DNA from: a virus
Taxonomy: Duplodnaviria; Caudoviricetes
Virus record (IMG/VR): IMGVR_UViG_3300049893_001396
Coordinates: 1-61,374 of that record
Length of the DNA: 61,374 nt
Strand: one strand, 5' to 3'
A model generated the notes under the pieces. That model ran no database searches and was not told where the DNA came from. It saw only the letters and a program-made list of their open reading frames with translations. Below, piece by piece: positions 16,567 through 26,410 of the stretch. The position numbers were made by a program, and so were the translations under genes. Positions within the stretch are counted from its first letter, which is position 1, and each line of letters opens with the position of its first letter.

Positions 16567-17043
16567 TCAGGCTTCCTCGCTGAACATATGCGCGAAGTGT
16601 GTGTACGCAGCCAGATCAGTGTAACTGTCTCTCTTCGTCGGGTTGTAAGACATTCGGGATAACTTCAACGCAACCATCATCAGAGCAACTTCGCGCTTAT
16701 TCATATCAATCCCGGACAGTAGTTTAAAGATATCTGCAATCTTCTGAAACATCTCCCCGGGGTCGCCATAATCCTTCCGACGATCGCCATTGATCAGCTT
16801 ATCAGCTTCGATCAAGATGTTATCTAATGCCCCTGTTTCACGTGAAACATCTCCCTGTTTTGCTGTTTCTGGATGCGCACAGTCCAAGTGCTTGTACCCA
16901 ATTTCTGGATCGTACGTACTTGCGCCAATTATCGCTTCTTTGCACACTACGCAATGCATATGCGTGTTATAAACCATATTCGCCTCCTGAATCTCTTTCG
17001 CCAAATCATCTACCTTACCATAACTACCAAACAAACTTCCCAT
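16567..17043 (-). CDS. DUF6378-like phage protein with N-terminal Cys/His cluster
   Basis: A..LINGDRRKDYGDP...IA...VALMMVALKLSR...DSYTDLAAY. Confidence 0.75.
   Translation of the reverse strand: MGSLFGSYGKVDDLAKEIQEANMVYNTHMHCVVCKEAIIGASTYDPEIGYKHLDCAHPETAKQGDVSRETGALDNILIEADKLINGDRRKDYGDPGEMFQKIADIFKLLSGIDMNKREVALMMVALKLSRMSYNPTKRDSYTDLAAYTHFAHMFSEEA
16834..16849. promoter_or_regulatory. parS: Perfect parS palindrome within the DUF6378 gene linker
   Basis: TGTTTCACGTGAAACA. Confidence 0.88.
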
Positions 17044-17052
17044 AACTCCTCC

Positions 17053-17937
17053 TTATCCTCCGCAATACTGCTTATCGCAGAAATCACCCCGATACTCGCA
17101 GAACCGGTCCGTGCAACGCTCTGGTTTCACGAACACTTCTTCCCAGCTCCCCGCGTCTGCCGTCTTCGTGATCATCTCCTGAGTGTCTCGGACATATCTG
17201 AAGAACAGGTCTTCCGCTTCCCGCACCATATCCCAGTCGTATTTGAACCAGATCGACTGGCGGAATGTAGGCTTAGTCTGGCCGGGTACGACCATCGCCT
17301 CTGGGAACCAGATGTCCCAGCCGCCGTAGGCAACCTGAATGCCGAACTTGCGCTCGATCATCCACGCCATAGTCAGAAGCTGGAAGCCCTTACCTCCGAA
17401 AGCGCAACCCGGAAGTAGGCTACGGCTACCATCCAGAATCTCCGCCTCGTTGTAGGGCGCTTTGGATGTCTTGTAGTCCCAACACACCCCGGTCCGAGAT
17501 TCTCCGGCGAACACCTTGTCAGATACGACGTCCATCCGCCCACACCATGTGTCTTTGAAGTTGCCAATACTTGGGCAAGGTCCTGAAACGAACTCCTCGA
17601 CAAGCAGTTTTCCGTTCGGCAGTGCCTGCGCCCGGATTGTCGGAAGCTCGTACGCGGCTCTCACCGTGTTCACGTAGGTGTCAATTGCCGACCGGTTCGC
17701 CAAGTCCTTCGACTCCGAAGTGGTCTTCCTGTAAACCTCCACATAATACTCAACAGGGCGGAGCTTCCCCGTCTTGGTGAAGTCCACTGTCTTCACCTCC
17801 TGCACCTTGTGGAACCCCTGACCCGTCGCAAACGAGTCGTTTTTTCCCTCGATGATTCGGCGTAGGATCCTCCTTATGTACCATTTTCTCCAACATTGGA
17901 GCCCGTCCATGTAGGAGGTAAAAGAGTGTACTGTCAT
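17053..17937 (-). CDS. Cas4/RecB-like PD-(D/E)XK exonuclease
   Basis: SFTSY..CWRKWY, GRMDVV, WDYKTS, QL, C-terminal CxxxxCxxxxxxC. Confidence 0.8.
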   Translation of the reverse strand: MTVHSFTSYMDGLQCWRKWYIRRILRRIIEGKNDSFATGQGFHKVQEVKTVDFTKTGKLRPVEYYVEVYRKTTSESKDLANRSAIDTYVNTVRAAYELPTIRAQALPNGKLLVEEFVSGPCPSIGNFKDTWCGRMDVVSDKVFAGESRTGVCWDYKTSKAPYNEAEILDGSRSLLPGCAFGGKGFQLLTMAWMIERKFGIQVAYGGWDIWFPEAMVVPGQTKPTFRQSIWFKYDWDMVREAEDLFFRYVRDTQEMITKTADAGSWEEVFVKPERCTDRFCEYRGDFCDKQYCGG

Positions 17938-18268
17938 TCAATCGCTCTCTTTCTGTCGCCACTTTGACGACGTCAAATAGTTTTTTGATAAGGTTACTTT
18001 CACTTACCTTACCAAATTGTAACCCATGAACTAATTCTACCATATCATTTACCACTTGTCCACACGTTATCTCGCTATCACCCGTCAACTGGATGATGGA
18101 ATCCCGAAGATTAAGTATCTTCACTCCGAGTTTTCCGGAGAAGGTGAGTAGAATAGTTTTCCCGCTGAAGGAATCTTCTTTGATTGAGCGTTTGACCTTC
18201 TCAAGTGCCTTCTTGTGCTGCTTGGATCCGCGCTGAAATCTGCGGAGCTTGTTATCTGTTTTGGGCAT
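17750..18268 (-). CDS. Basic hypothetical protein (3' part overlaps exonuclease gene)
   Basis: AAGGAG RBS. Confidence 0.5.
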   Translation of the reverse strand: MPKTDNKLRRFQRGSKQHKKALEKVKRSIKEDSFSGKTILLTFSGKLGVKILNLRDSIIQLTGDSEITCGQVVNDMVELVHGLQFGKVSESNLIKKLFDVVKVATERERLNDSTLFYLLHGRAPMLEKMVHKEDPTPNHRGKKRLVCDGSGVPQGAGGEDSGLHQDGEAPPC

Positions 18269-18349
18269 AGTGACTCCTTAAAATAGGTGTCCCGTATGCG
18301 GAGACATACGGGACTCGGGAAAGGAAAGGAAGTAAGGTATCCTATATTG

Positions 18350-19390
18350 TCAAATCTGCCATGGTGCTTGCGCTCGTTCTCGCACTGTCACGTACTCTTG
18401 CGGAGTAGGTTCTAGCTCGATCGGAGCCATGAACGGCTGTTCTGTAGCATACACCGGTGCTTCCGGTTCTGCAACCTCCACCCCGTCTGGAGTAGCTGCG
18501 CCACCAAGGAATCTTGCATTGTATGAATCAGCAACCTCCATCACGTCTGGAGTAGTTCCCACTTCGAGTGGGCCGGTGTACGGCTGTTCTGTAGTGTACA
18601 TAGGCTCAGCCACATACACCGGAGCTAGGTACTCTTCGGTTGGTTCGGAAATGGGCTCAGGCGTAACCTCATGGGTTACACTTGTAACCTCATCCGTTAC
18701 ACTCGACTCCGGTGTCCGGACAAGCCCGCTGATCTGCTCCCACGCTTGCGGGTGCTTCTTCTTCATCTGCTCGATCGCCGCAGTCGCACTCAGCCCGCTC
18801 CGCTTCATCAGCTCTTGGATGCCCTTCGCCCAGAACTTCTGGACCTTCCTAATACCCATTGCCGGATCCTGCTCCACCGCGTCACGCTTACGCCGAACAC
18901 TCCCGCCGGTCTTCGACATTGCCGAAATGAGGAAGTGGTGAGCTCGTTCTACGATGGTGCGCCGCCGAACCGTCTGAACATCGACATCAAGTCCAGCCTC
19001 CAACGACGGGATCCAAGAGGGAGGGCAGACCGCCTTTGTGTGGAGCTCCCGAGTGATGGGGAGTTCTACTTTTTTTCCATTCACGATCAGTGCCTTGCTG
19101 GAGTTCTGAAGGGTGATCGTGCCATCTACGTGCTGGTCCCACACATAGTCCGCGATCTTCCGGAAGGACACTGTGAGGTCCCACTCGAAGTAAACGCGGG
19201 TGTAGGGGTAATTCAGATACCCGTTACCCTTCAGTAACGCCCCCTTGGTCGTGCAGAAGCTACCCATCTCTGCTGCGACCACGAGGTGCTTGTCTTCGAA
19301 CTTCCCGCCAGTTAGGAGTTCGACCTTGTCTTTCAGGTAGTTCCAAGTGCTGTTTGTCTGGCGCACACAATGAGAATACGCAGCTTCCAT
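18350..19390 (-). CDS. Hypothetical protein with acidic Pro/Thr-rich internally duplicated C-terminus
   Basis: YTTEQPYTGPLE/YATEQPFMAPIE and TTPDVMEVA/ATPDGVEVA repeats. Confidence 0.7.
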   Translation of the reverse strand: MEAAYSHCVRQTNSTWNYLKDKVELLTGGKFEDKHLVVAAEMGSFCTTKGALLKGNGYLNYPYTRVYFEWDLTVSFRKIADYVWDQHVDGTITLQNSSKALIVNGKKVELPITRELHTKAVCPPSWIPSLEAGLDVDVQTVRRRTIVERAHHFLISAMSKTGGSVRRKRDAVEQDPAMGIRKVQKFWAKGIQELMKRSGLSATAAIEQMKKKHPQAWEQISGLVRTPESSVTDEVTSVTHEVTPEPISEPTEEYLAPVYVAEPMYTTEQPYTGPLEVGTTPDVMEVADSYNARFLGGAATPDGVEVAEPEAPVYATEQPFMAPIELEPTPQEYVTVRERAQAPWQI

Positions 19391-19394
19391 AATA

Positions 19395-22300
19395 TCACAA
19401 CTTTCCTATAGTCTCGTCCAGTGAGCTGTCTTTTAGCCCAATGAACCACTTATTAATATTATCATACAATTTTAACTTTGTCACTACCCCATTACCATCC
19501 AACAAGTGTATCTCACATAGTATGAATTTCCTTGTCTGGTACTCGACAACAGCGATAGGGTAGAACGTATACGCTTGCGGGATGGTGCCTTCGTTGTGTG
19601 CACGCATCAGGGCCAAGTCCATGGCCCGGCGTTGGTCGTCTGAAATGTACATTAGCTTTAGCTCCTATCGTGGATGCACTTATTGTCGATATCTGGAGAC
19701 GCTCCAGAATAGCGCTTGCACTCGTGCCGGGGGTTCCGGTTGTAACCACCTTCACAGTTACCATGACAGGTGATAATATCATTTTTCCAATCCGGGTTTG
19801 ACTGATGTGATGAGTCTTTTATCATGTTTGCCCCCTTATTTCAATTTATTGAAAGAGATTATTATAAGGTCCTCTTTTCGTACGCCTAACTCCTCACATA
19901 TACTATTGGAACATTCCTCAAGAGCCTTCCTTCCCTCTCGATTTATTCGGAAAGTACCGTAGCTTTTTTTAATGCAATTGTTAACTGTAAATTCACAACT
20001 GAAGAAGTATTCGATCATCAGTGTACAGCATCTCCTTATCGATGAAATTTCGCCAGTCCGGCGATCATTGCTACGAACACCAGAAGCTGGAATCCGTATA
20101 CCCCAATACATACCGCGATCACCCCGACCGCGATCAGCTTCAACCATTCTTTCAGCTCGCTCATTTAACGAACCAGAAGAACCCCACACCCCGGACACTG
20201 AAGCGGTGGAACTCGTCCGGGTCCGCGTCATAGTCCTGCGCCCGATCGATCCAGATATGTCCTTCCGGATCTTCTGTGCATCCGATGTAACGCCGATCGA
20301 AGTCGGCCATTCGGTCAATGTATGCCGCCCCTTGTACGAACTTCTGGAAATGTACGGTTTCAGCTGTTTTTCTTACGTTTGCCATTTTATTTGTCCCCCT
20401 TATTTTGAATCGCCCCACACATAGAAAATCTCGTCTCCCCAGCAGTACTCGTCCGCAGGAATAGCCTTCGCGATGGTGGCCTGCTGTTCTTTTGTCGGGG
20501 CTTCCAATACCTTCTGGCACCGTTCGTCCCATTCTTGCGTTAAGAACATACCCATTATGCTATTGATGATCCGGATATCCGTCTCCTTGGATTCTGCAAG
20601 TTCTGCGGGTGACATATTAGCCCCTTTCAATTACCCATACCCCGGGCTTCACTTCTTTGAATTTCCGATCTTGCTTCGGTTCATTTGACTTACTGATCAA
20701 CCGGAGCGCCTTACCAAGTACACTAACCTTCTTCTCTTCCTTCATAAAACCCCCTTTAATTTGGCCCTGACCCGTTCGTGTAGATGAACCACACTAACCA
20801 CATCAGAAGCATAAATACCGCTACTCTAACTATAACACAGAATGCGTCTTTTAATTTATCCATATTATACCCTCACCGAAACCACGCCTTGCGCGGTCTT
20901 TACGGTCTTAACGCCACCCGAGATCTTGCCAGATGCGATGATGAGCTTACGCCCGGACTGGTCTTTCGTTTCAGCGATTGTTTTTGATGTCATCAGATGC
21001 CTCCTATTCAGGTCCCATTGTGAAATTCTCACTGCTCATAAACACCTTGCCGAGCAGAAATCCGGATAGATAAAACACATTACCATACAAGTGATTCTCT
21101 TTTACATCGGTTACGTGCAAGAGATCCACATTGTCTCTGAAGAACTGCTCTGGCACATCGCTGAGCCATAAACTTGATTTAACCTCAGTCATCAAACCTC
21201 ACTCCTTCCGCTGGTTCTGCCACACCTTCCAGAATATTCCCCGGAAGGGTGAGCACGGTTACTACAAGGTCACCGACAATATTGTCAATAACTTCACGCG
21301 CACCCTCGATAAAGCCCATCACTTCACCTCGAACTTTCCTACCTTATTGCCGTTGATGTCATAGATATTCCCATTGAGTTCGTACACTCCGCCGGAGCCG
21401 ATACCGTCTTTAACCCGATCGGCAACTGTTCTCAAACATCTTGAAAGCTCGTGATACTGCTCATCACATAGATCATCCTCAAATGCTACATTCTCCATGT
21501 CAATCTCAAGTGTAAATTTCACGAATTCACCTCCCTCATCTTATAGCAGCCGTTCGGATAATAGTCCGAATGGTCGTGGTTATGTGTATTGAGTAAGATA
21601 TGCTCAATGTCCCCGCAGATGTCGTGTATCACATCTGCCCGGTCGTCGAGGTTGCTTGTGTAAACTTCGATTGTGACGTTGTATGTGGGCATTAGTTAGG
21701 CTCCTTAATCGTGGTATTTGTGATCAATGCACGGTTCCCAGAGTGCCCCGGCTTCTGAAAATTCCATTTCAGTAGTTAGTGTATCGTACTCCACCTGAAT
21801 AGCAGTCCCGGGGATACGTGCAGAAATGAACCGGTGCTCGATACGTCTGAAATCTGATTCACCTGATTCCAAGTAGATTGTGCAGAGCTCTGAAATGTCG
21901 GATCTCTTCTCAGCAAGCTGATAGGCCAACTCCTTGATGAATTCCTCTGGACTCATAAGCCCTCCTGATTCTTTATTGAATACGCCTCAACAAAAGTATT
22001 TGTTATGGCGGGATTAAGTTCACCCTCAATGTCGACTAGGCCCGGCTTTATGTTGGTCAGAAGATTGTCATATACTTTAACCCACACTGTCCTGACATCG
22101 AGTTTAACGGAGATCATCCATTCACTCTTCTTTGAGATGCTATGCCTAGAGCCATTCCACACCCCGCTTAAAAATACTTGGTTTTGATATGCCATCAATT
22201 ACCCTCCATCTCTTTAAACGCATTATAGGCCTCGAATCCTGCCTTCGATATATCACCTAGTGGGAAGCCTCCCCGAACACAGATCTCAATTCCTTGCGCT

Positions 22301-22994
22301 TCCCACGCCTTTTCGCGCTTCTCGGGTTTGATCTTGTCGAGCGCTTCGAACGCCCACCTGAGCTTAACTCCATCCGCCACGTCAAAAGTGATCCGGATTC
22401 TGAAGAAATTCGGATTGTATGGCGATTTTTCGTACTTTACACGATATTTTGGCATTGTCTCAGTCATGCTACACACCCCGCTTTCCGTAAGAGATTTGCC
22501 GAAACTTGCCGGATGATGTCTTGTGCCTTGTGTTCTCCATCCGGATCACCCTGAAGCCGGGCCTTCAACTCCTTTTCGAAAAACTCCATCGGACGTGCTG
22601 GAAGCATTCCGAATTTCATACACGCCGCTTCTGGGTGTGTAGACATTACCGCATAAAGACCTTCCGTTAGTTTGTCGATGTCAAGTGTTTGCATACCTAA
22701 TCCCTCCAATATTTTTGTATACCGCTCCAAGTCAGAAGCAGTCAGCCATGTTGGTTTTTCTGGTACGGCGTCATATAGTCGTCGCAAATCAGATAATAAG
22801 CCTTCTGCGCTTCTTGAAAATGTATGCTCAAATCCACTCCAGTAGGCCTGTTCGTCGTTGTAGTGATCGATGAAATGCTGAATGTCAAATTGTACCCTAC
22901 CTAGCACTATGAGCATGGATTGTGTATTTAACTTCCTAATACTGTTGTCATTAATTAGTGCCATGAATATTCTCCAAGACCTGAAAATTCTCAC
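19395..22994 (-). other. Cluster of short early hypothetical genes (e.g. 19395-19652, 20400-20630, 21004-21195, 21319-21522, 21519-21692, 21705-21956, 22195-22476, 22464-22994)
   Basis: Tightly coupled ORFs with strong RBSs on one strand. Confidence 0.7.
21953..22198 (-). CDS. Minimal SSB/PriB-like OB-fold protein
   Basis: NQVFLSG...VKVYD...PGLVDIEGEL mirrors the SSB N-x-V-x-L-x-G and V-x-V-E-G-x-L motifs. Confidence 0.45.
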   Translation of the reverse strand: MMAYQNQVFLSGVWNGSRHSISKKSEWMISVKLDVRTVWVKVYDNLLTNIKPGLVDIEGELNPAITNTFVEAYSIKNQEGL

Positions 22995-23289
22995 CCATCA
23001 CTTCACACACCCATTTCTGGGACATAGTCCCGTCATACTCGACCACTTGGAGCCTGCCCTCCACCAGACATGGCACCCCTTTTCTGAGGTACTTCTGTGC
23101 TACGTCTGACAACTTACCCCACATCACAACTGGGACGCAGTCTGCTTCCACAGACCCGTCCTCACGCTTATAGGGCCGGTCTACCCACAATCTGAAGGTA
23201 GTCTTCGGCACCTTGTCAACCATCGAAACTTCCGGATCGGCGGTCAGCCGACCTACTAGGGTAATATGGTTATAGTTGAATTCTGGCAT
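22951..23289 (-). CDS. ssb: Bacterial-type single-stranded DNA-binding protein lacking the acidic tail
   Basis: NHITLVGRLTADPE...WGKLSDVAQKYLRKG..CLVEGRLQ. Confidence 0.9.
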   Translation of the reverse strand: MPEFNYNHITLVGRLTADPEVSMVDKVPKTTFRLWVDRPYKREDGSVEADCVPVVMWGKLSDVAQKYLRKGVPCLVEGRLQVVEYDGTMSQKWVCEVMGENFQVLENIHGTN

Positions 23290-23388
23290 TGTTAGTCCCC
23301 CTTAGTCATTAGCCAAGCGATAGCTGTTAAAAGCCCGATTACTATTACTTCAATAATCGCAAACATAGCCAGTATTGCTGCTTCCATG

Positions 23389-23703
23389 TCATTTCCCCTT
23401 CCAATGGCGGGTAAGCTCCTCCTTGATTTCCTTCGCGTTAGGGTTCACCTTGACCGTGTCCTTGCGGTTTGCTGCCTGAGCCACCACCATTGAGGTGATG
23501 TAAATCACCCCATCCAGTGGATTGGGAAGGTTCTCAATCGCACCGTAAATTGTGCGACTAAACTTGAAGTCGTCCTTGATAACGGTTTCTTGGCTAGTTG
23601 CCAGTCGTGCCGGAGTTGCTCCCGGCTGGAAGGCGATGATTGCGCCGTGCTCATTTTCCACGTTGATTACGTGGGGTGTGAGATTTACGAAGTTTGGGTA
23701 CAT
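23389..23703 (-). CDS. NLTPH-motif protein (possible Crn4-like ring nuclease, C-terminus diverged)
   Basis: FVNLTPHVINV...PARL...GAIENLPNP..GVIYITSMVVA; AAGGAG RBS. Confidence 0.55.
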   Translation of the reverse strand: MYPNFVNLTPHVINVENEHGAIIAFQPGATPARLATSQETVIKDDFKFSRTIYGAIENLPNPLDGVIYITSMVVAQAANRKDTVKVNPNAKEIKEELTRHWKGK

Positions 23704-23915
23704 GATCTTCTCCTTTTATTTATTTCAGGTCCTCAGTCTGACCTGATATTTTCCCGCATCAAATAGCGGTTTAATCACGCTTGAACGAATACCGAAATGC
23801 CCGAGTGCGGACAGTGGGCGGACGGGGTATTCCGAAGATGTAGCGTGATTAAATCGCTACTTAACTAGGACGTAGCCGAGCTGCTAAACAGTGCCAGCTC
23901 GGCTACGGGCCCATA

Positions 23916-23993
23916 CTAATAATCGCAGTACGGGCAACCTCTCGGGTTGTTGTGGGTACACCCACAATCCCAACATGTTGTAGTGTCGTCCAT
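23916..23993 (-). CDS. 25-aa Zn-finger micropeptide MDDTTTCWDCGCTHNNPRGCPYCDY
   Basis: AAAGGAGGTG RBS; CxxCG...CPxC. Confidence 0.65.
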   Translation of the reverse strand: MDDTTTCWDCGCTHNNPRGCPYCDY

Positions 23994-24002
23994 GTGACAC
24001 CT

Positions 24003-24870
24003 CCTTTCATTTTTGGTATGCAGATACGTGGCTCTGAAATTGGTGCGGGCATCGGTTTATGTGTTCGCCGACTGCGCAGTCAATACAGCGTATCTACACT
24101 TTTTGTTCAACTTGGGAGCTAGTTAACCGTCCCGGGCGCTGATTCGCTAGTTCAGCGTTACCCCCAAGACACTCACACCTAGACCGGTTTGTCCGGCTTT
24201 GTGCTTTTCCACCGATATAAACGTGCACGACATATCAACCCCACCGGGGTCTATTTTTCGGATGGAATTCCACCATCTCTATCGCACCGCCCCCGAACCT
24301 ACCTATATCTATAAGCAGTTTTCGGGCACCGACTGAATGAATGAATTCAGTCGATGTATATCTTCCAAACATGCCCCGGCCCTTGGGTTCAACCTCTGTT
24401 TGACGTTACACAAGGTCACTTTTCAGCTTGCTTGTGTAACCGGGTTTACCGGGTTACATGTTGGGGGTCTTCAGAAGCTGAAATACTAGCTTCCGAAAAC
24501 TAGCACATACCCTTCATCGCGGCATGTGTGAGCCCCTATGACAGGCCATAACACCTGTTTTTAATAACACCCCCAGATACACGCGTGAAGCGTGTATAAC
24601 TAGGGTCGAACCCTGCCAGCGGGAAGCTGGCACGTTATGAGGTCATAACATAGCGTGCGGGGGTGTTACGTGTTGTGAGCTTGAAAAACCTGTTTCAAAT
24701 CGTTCACCGTTTCCACTCTGGAGTTATTCACCCACGGGTGCGGATTTCGATTTATTTTCAGTGGTCATTTATTCCCGCCTTGCCTATCCGCTTTTGGGAT
24801 ATGGTCAGGATGACCGCGCTTCAAGCTCACAATTTTTCAATTTACTTGGGGGCGATTTTCTTACCCCTGT
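24003..24870 (-). ncRNA. Candidate large structured non-coding RNA or leader
   Basis: Many nested stems, no minus-strand ORF of 60 aa or more, consensus promoter immediately upstream. Confidence 0.6.
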
Positions 24871-24876
24871 ACCTTA

Positions 24877-24904
24877 ATTATAACAGATTGATTTCTTTTG
24901 TCAA
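24877..24904 (-). promoter_or_regulatory. Sigma70 promoter, leftward (early)
   Basis: TTGACA-16bp-TATAAT with TG extension; a second TTGACA-17bp-TATTAT at ~24974-25002. Confidence 0.85.
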
Positions 24905-25500
24905 GCGGTAATTTTGTTACCGTCAATCCGTTATTTCAAGGTATGTAGTCAATTTAACCCCGACTACTCTACTATAATAGCAAGTGTACCTATGTTTGTC
25001 AACTATTATTTTTAATTATTTTACAGTTGTATACTATATATTAATAGGGTAATTGAGCGATAGACTAAATATCAATGTTTTTCGATATAATTTTGTCATA
25101 TCATAAACTTTCAATGATTGGGGGTATTGACACCGATATTCCTATATGTTTTTTGGGGATTTATGGTAGATTAGAATGGTTCTAATTTTAGTGTAATTTT
25201 TGTTAATTGCAATTTGGCTATTTTATTAATTAGATTAGTTGGATATAGTAGGCTATTTTTAATTATAGTAACGTAATGTTTTGTATTTTTATTTCTCCGA
25301 TACTTAACTAGAATCAGAGTTTTTCGATACATTTTGGCTTATATTATTTTAGTCATAATTATTTTTCTAGCGTATTCCGGGGTAGGGTGATTTTGCTGTT
25401 ATTGTAAGGAAAAACCGGGTTTACCGATTGTTTGTGATGTTTCGGAAATGTTGCTTGTTTTTTTTGTTCGCTGATTGTACGCGCGAAAGAAAAAGTATTT

Positions 25501-25575
<75 letters not shown>

Positions 25576-26014
25576 TTAGTAATAATATAATATGTAAGAT
25601 TTTAAATTAAAAAGAAAAAAGATAAACAAGATTTCAAGCCCTCTTCGGCTTGAAAATAGCGATACTTCCGATTAAAAACCGTAACACCCAGCAATTATAA
25701 TAGCACAATCACCTATTATATACTCATTCCTATTCCGTTTTTCTTGGGGATACCGATAATATACCAAATATCCTCAATAAACACAATCCACTCAATCCAG
25801 CAAAACCGACACTTGACAAATAACGATTGACAAGTAAAACAAAGTAGCACCCTGTTAAACACCCGTAAAATCAATTTCAAATCAATTTGATACCGTAACA
25901 CTGGTTATACTATATATGGCGTTTGTAGACCCGATAAACTGGCGATACTGTGAAACTTGGTGTTACTGGTTACACGATGTCATTGATTGTGTGACTTGGT
26001 GGTATAATTAACAC

Positions 26015-26043
26015 TTGACAATATACGCGCCTGACGTTATAAT
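26015..26043 (+). promoter_or_regulatory. Perfect sigma70 promoter, rightward
   Basis: TTGACA-17bp-TATAAT. Confidence 0.88.
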
Positions 26044-26070
26044 TAGATTATAAATTAATAGGGAGGTCAT

Positions 26071-26175
26071 ATGTTTGAGAAGTTTTTTGTAGTAGGATTT
26101 ACAATCATGGCAAGCGCCATGTTTGTAGGACTGATTGCCCTATACGTGCAGTCATTGCAGACGCTGGGACTATGA
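26071..26175 (+). CDS. 34-aa single-TM peptide MFEKFFVVGFTIMASAMFVGLIALYVQSLQTLGL
   Basis: GGGAGGT RBS directly downstream of the consensus promoter. Confidence 0.6.
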   Translation: MFEKFFVVGFTIMASAMFVGLIALYVQSLQTLGL

Positions 26176-26410
26176 CGCCCCAGCATTCTGAAGGTTTGTC
26201 GTAATGGGGTGATGAGGTCTAGGTGGAGGTGTCGACGGTGCACCCGGAAATACATGCAGACCCACGAAACACCGGAACACCCAGAAGTACTCCGAAGAAC
26301 ACAGTGGTACTAGCCTCAATAAGTAAATTTAAATCAAGCCATAAATTATACATTCCAGAAGTTAAATAATAGTATAGCTTAATACTTTACATTCATGGTA
26401 TAATGTGTAT

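Noticed and set aside
17053-17937. Cas4 genes as part of a CRISPR-Cas system
   Set aside because: No repeat-spacer array or other cas genes; solo Cas4-like exonucleases are common in phage recombination modules
23389-23703. AcrIII-1 (DUF1874) assignment
   Set aside because: Lacks the NAFS and GH..T motifs of that family
24003-24300. Group II intron (GTGCG on the minus strand)
   Set aside because: No domain V and no interrupted gene
24690-24765. Hammerhead-like CTGA...stem...GAAAC on the minus strand
   Set aside because: Core reads CTGAAAA rather than CTGANGA and stems I/III do not form
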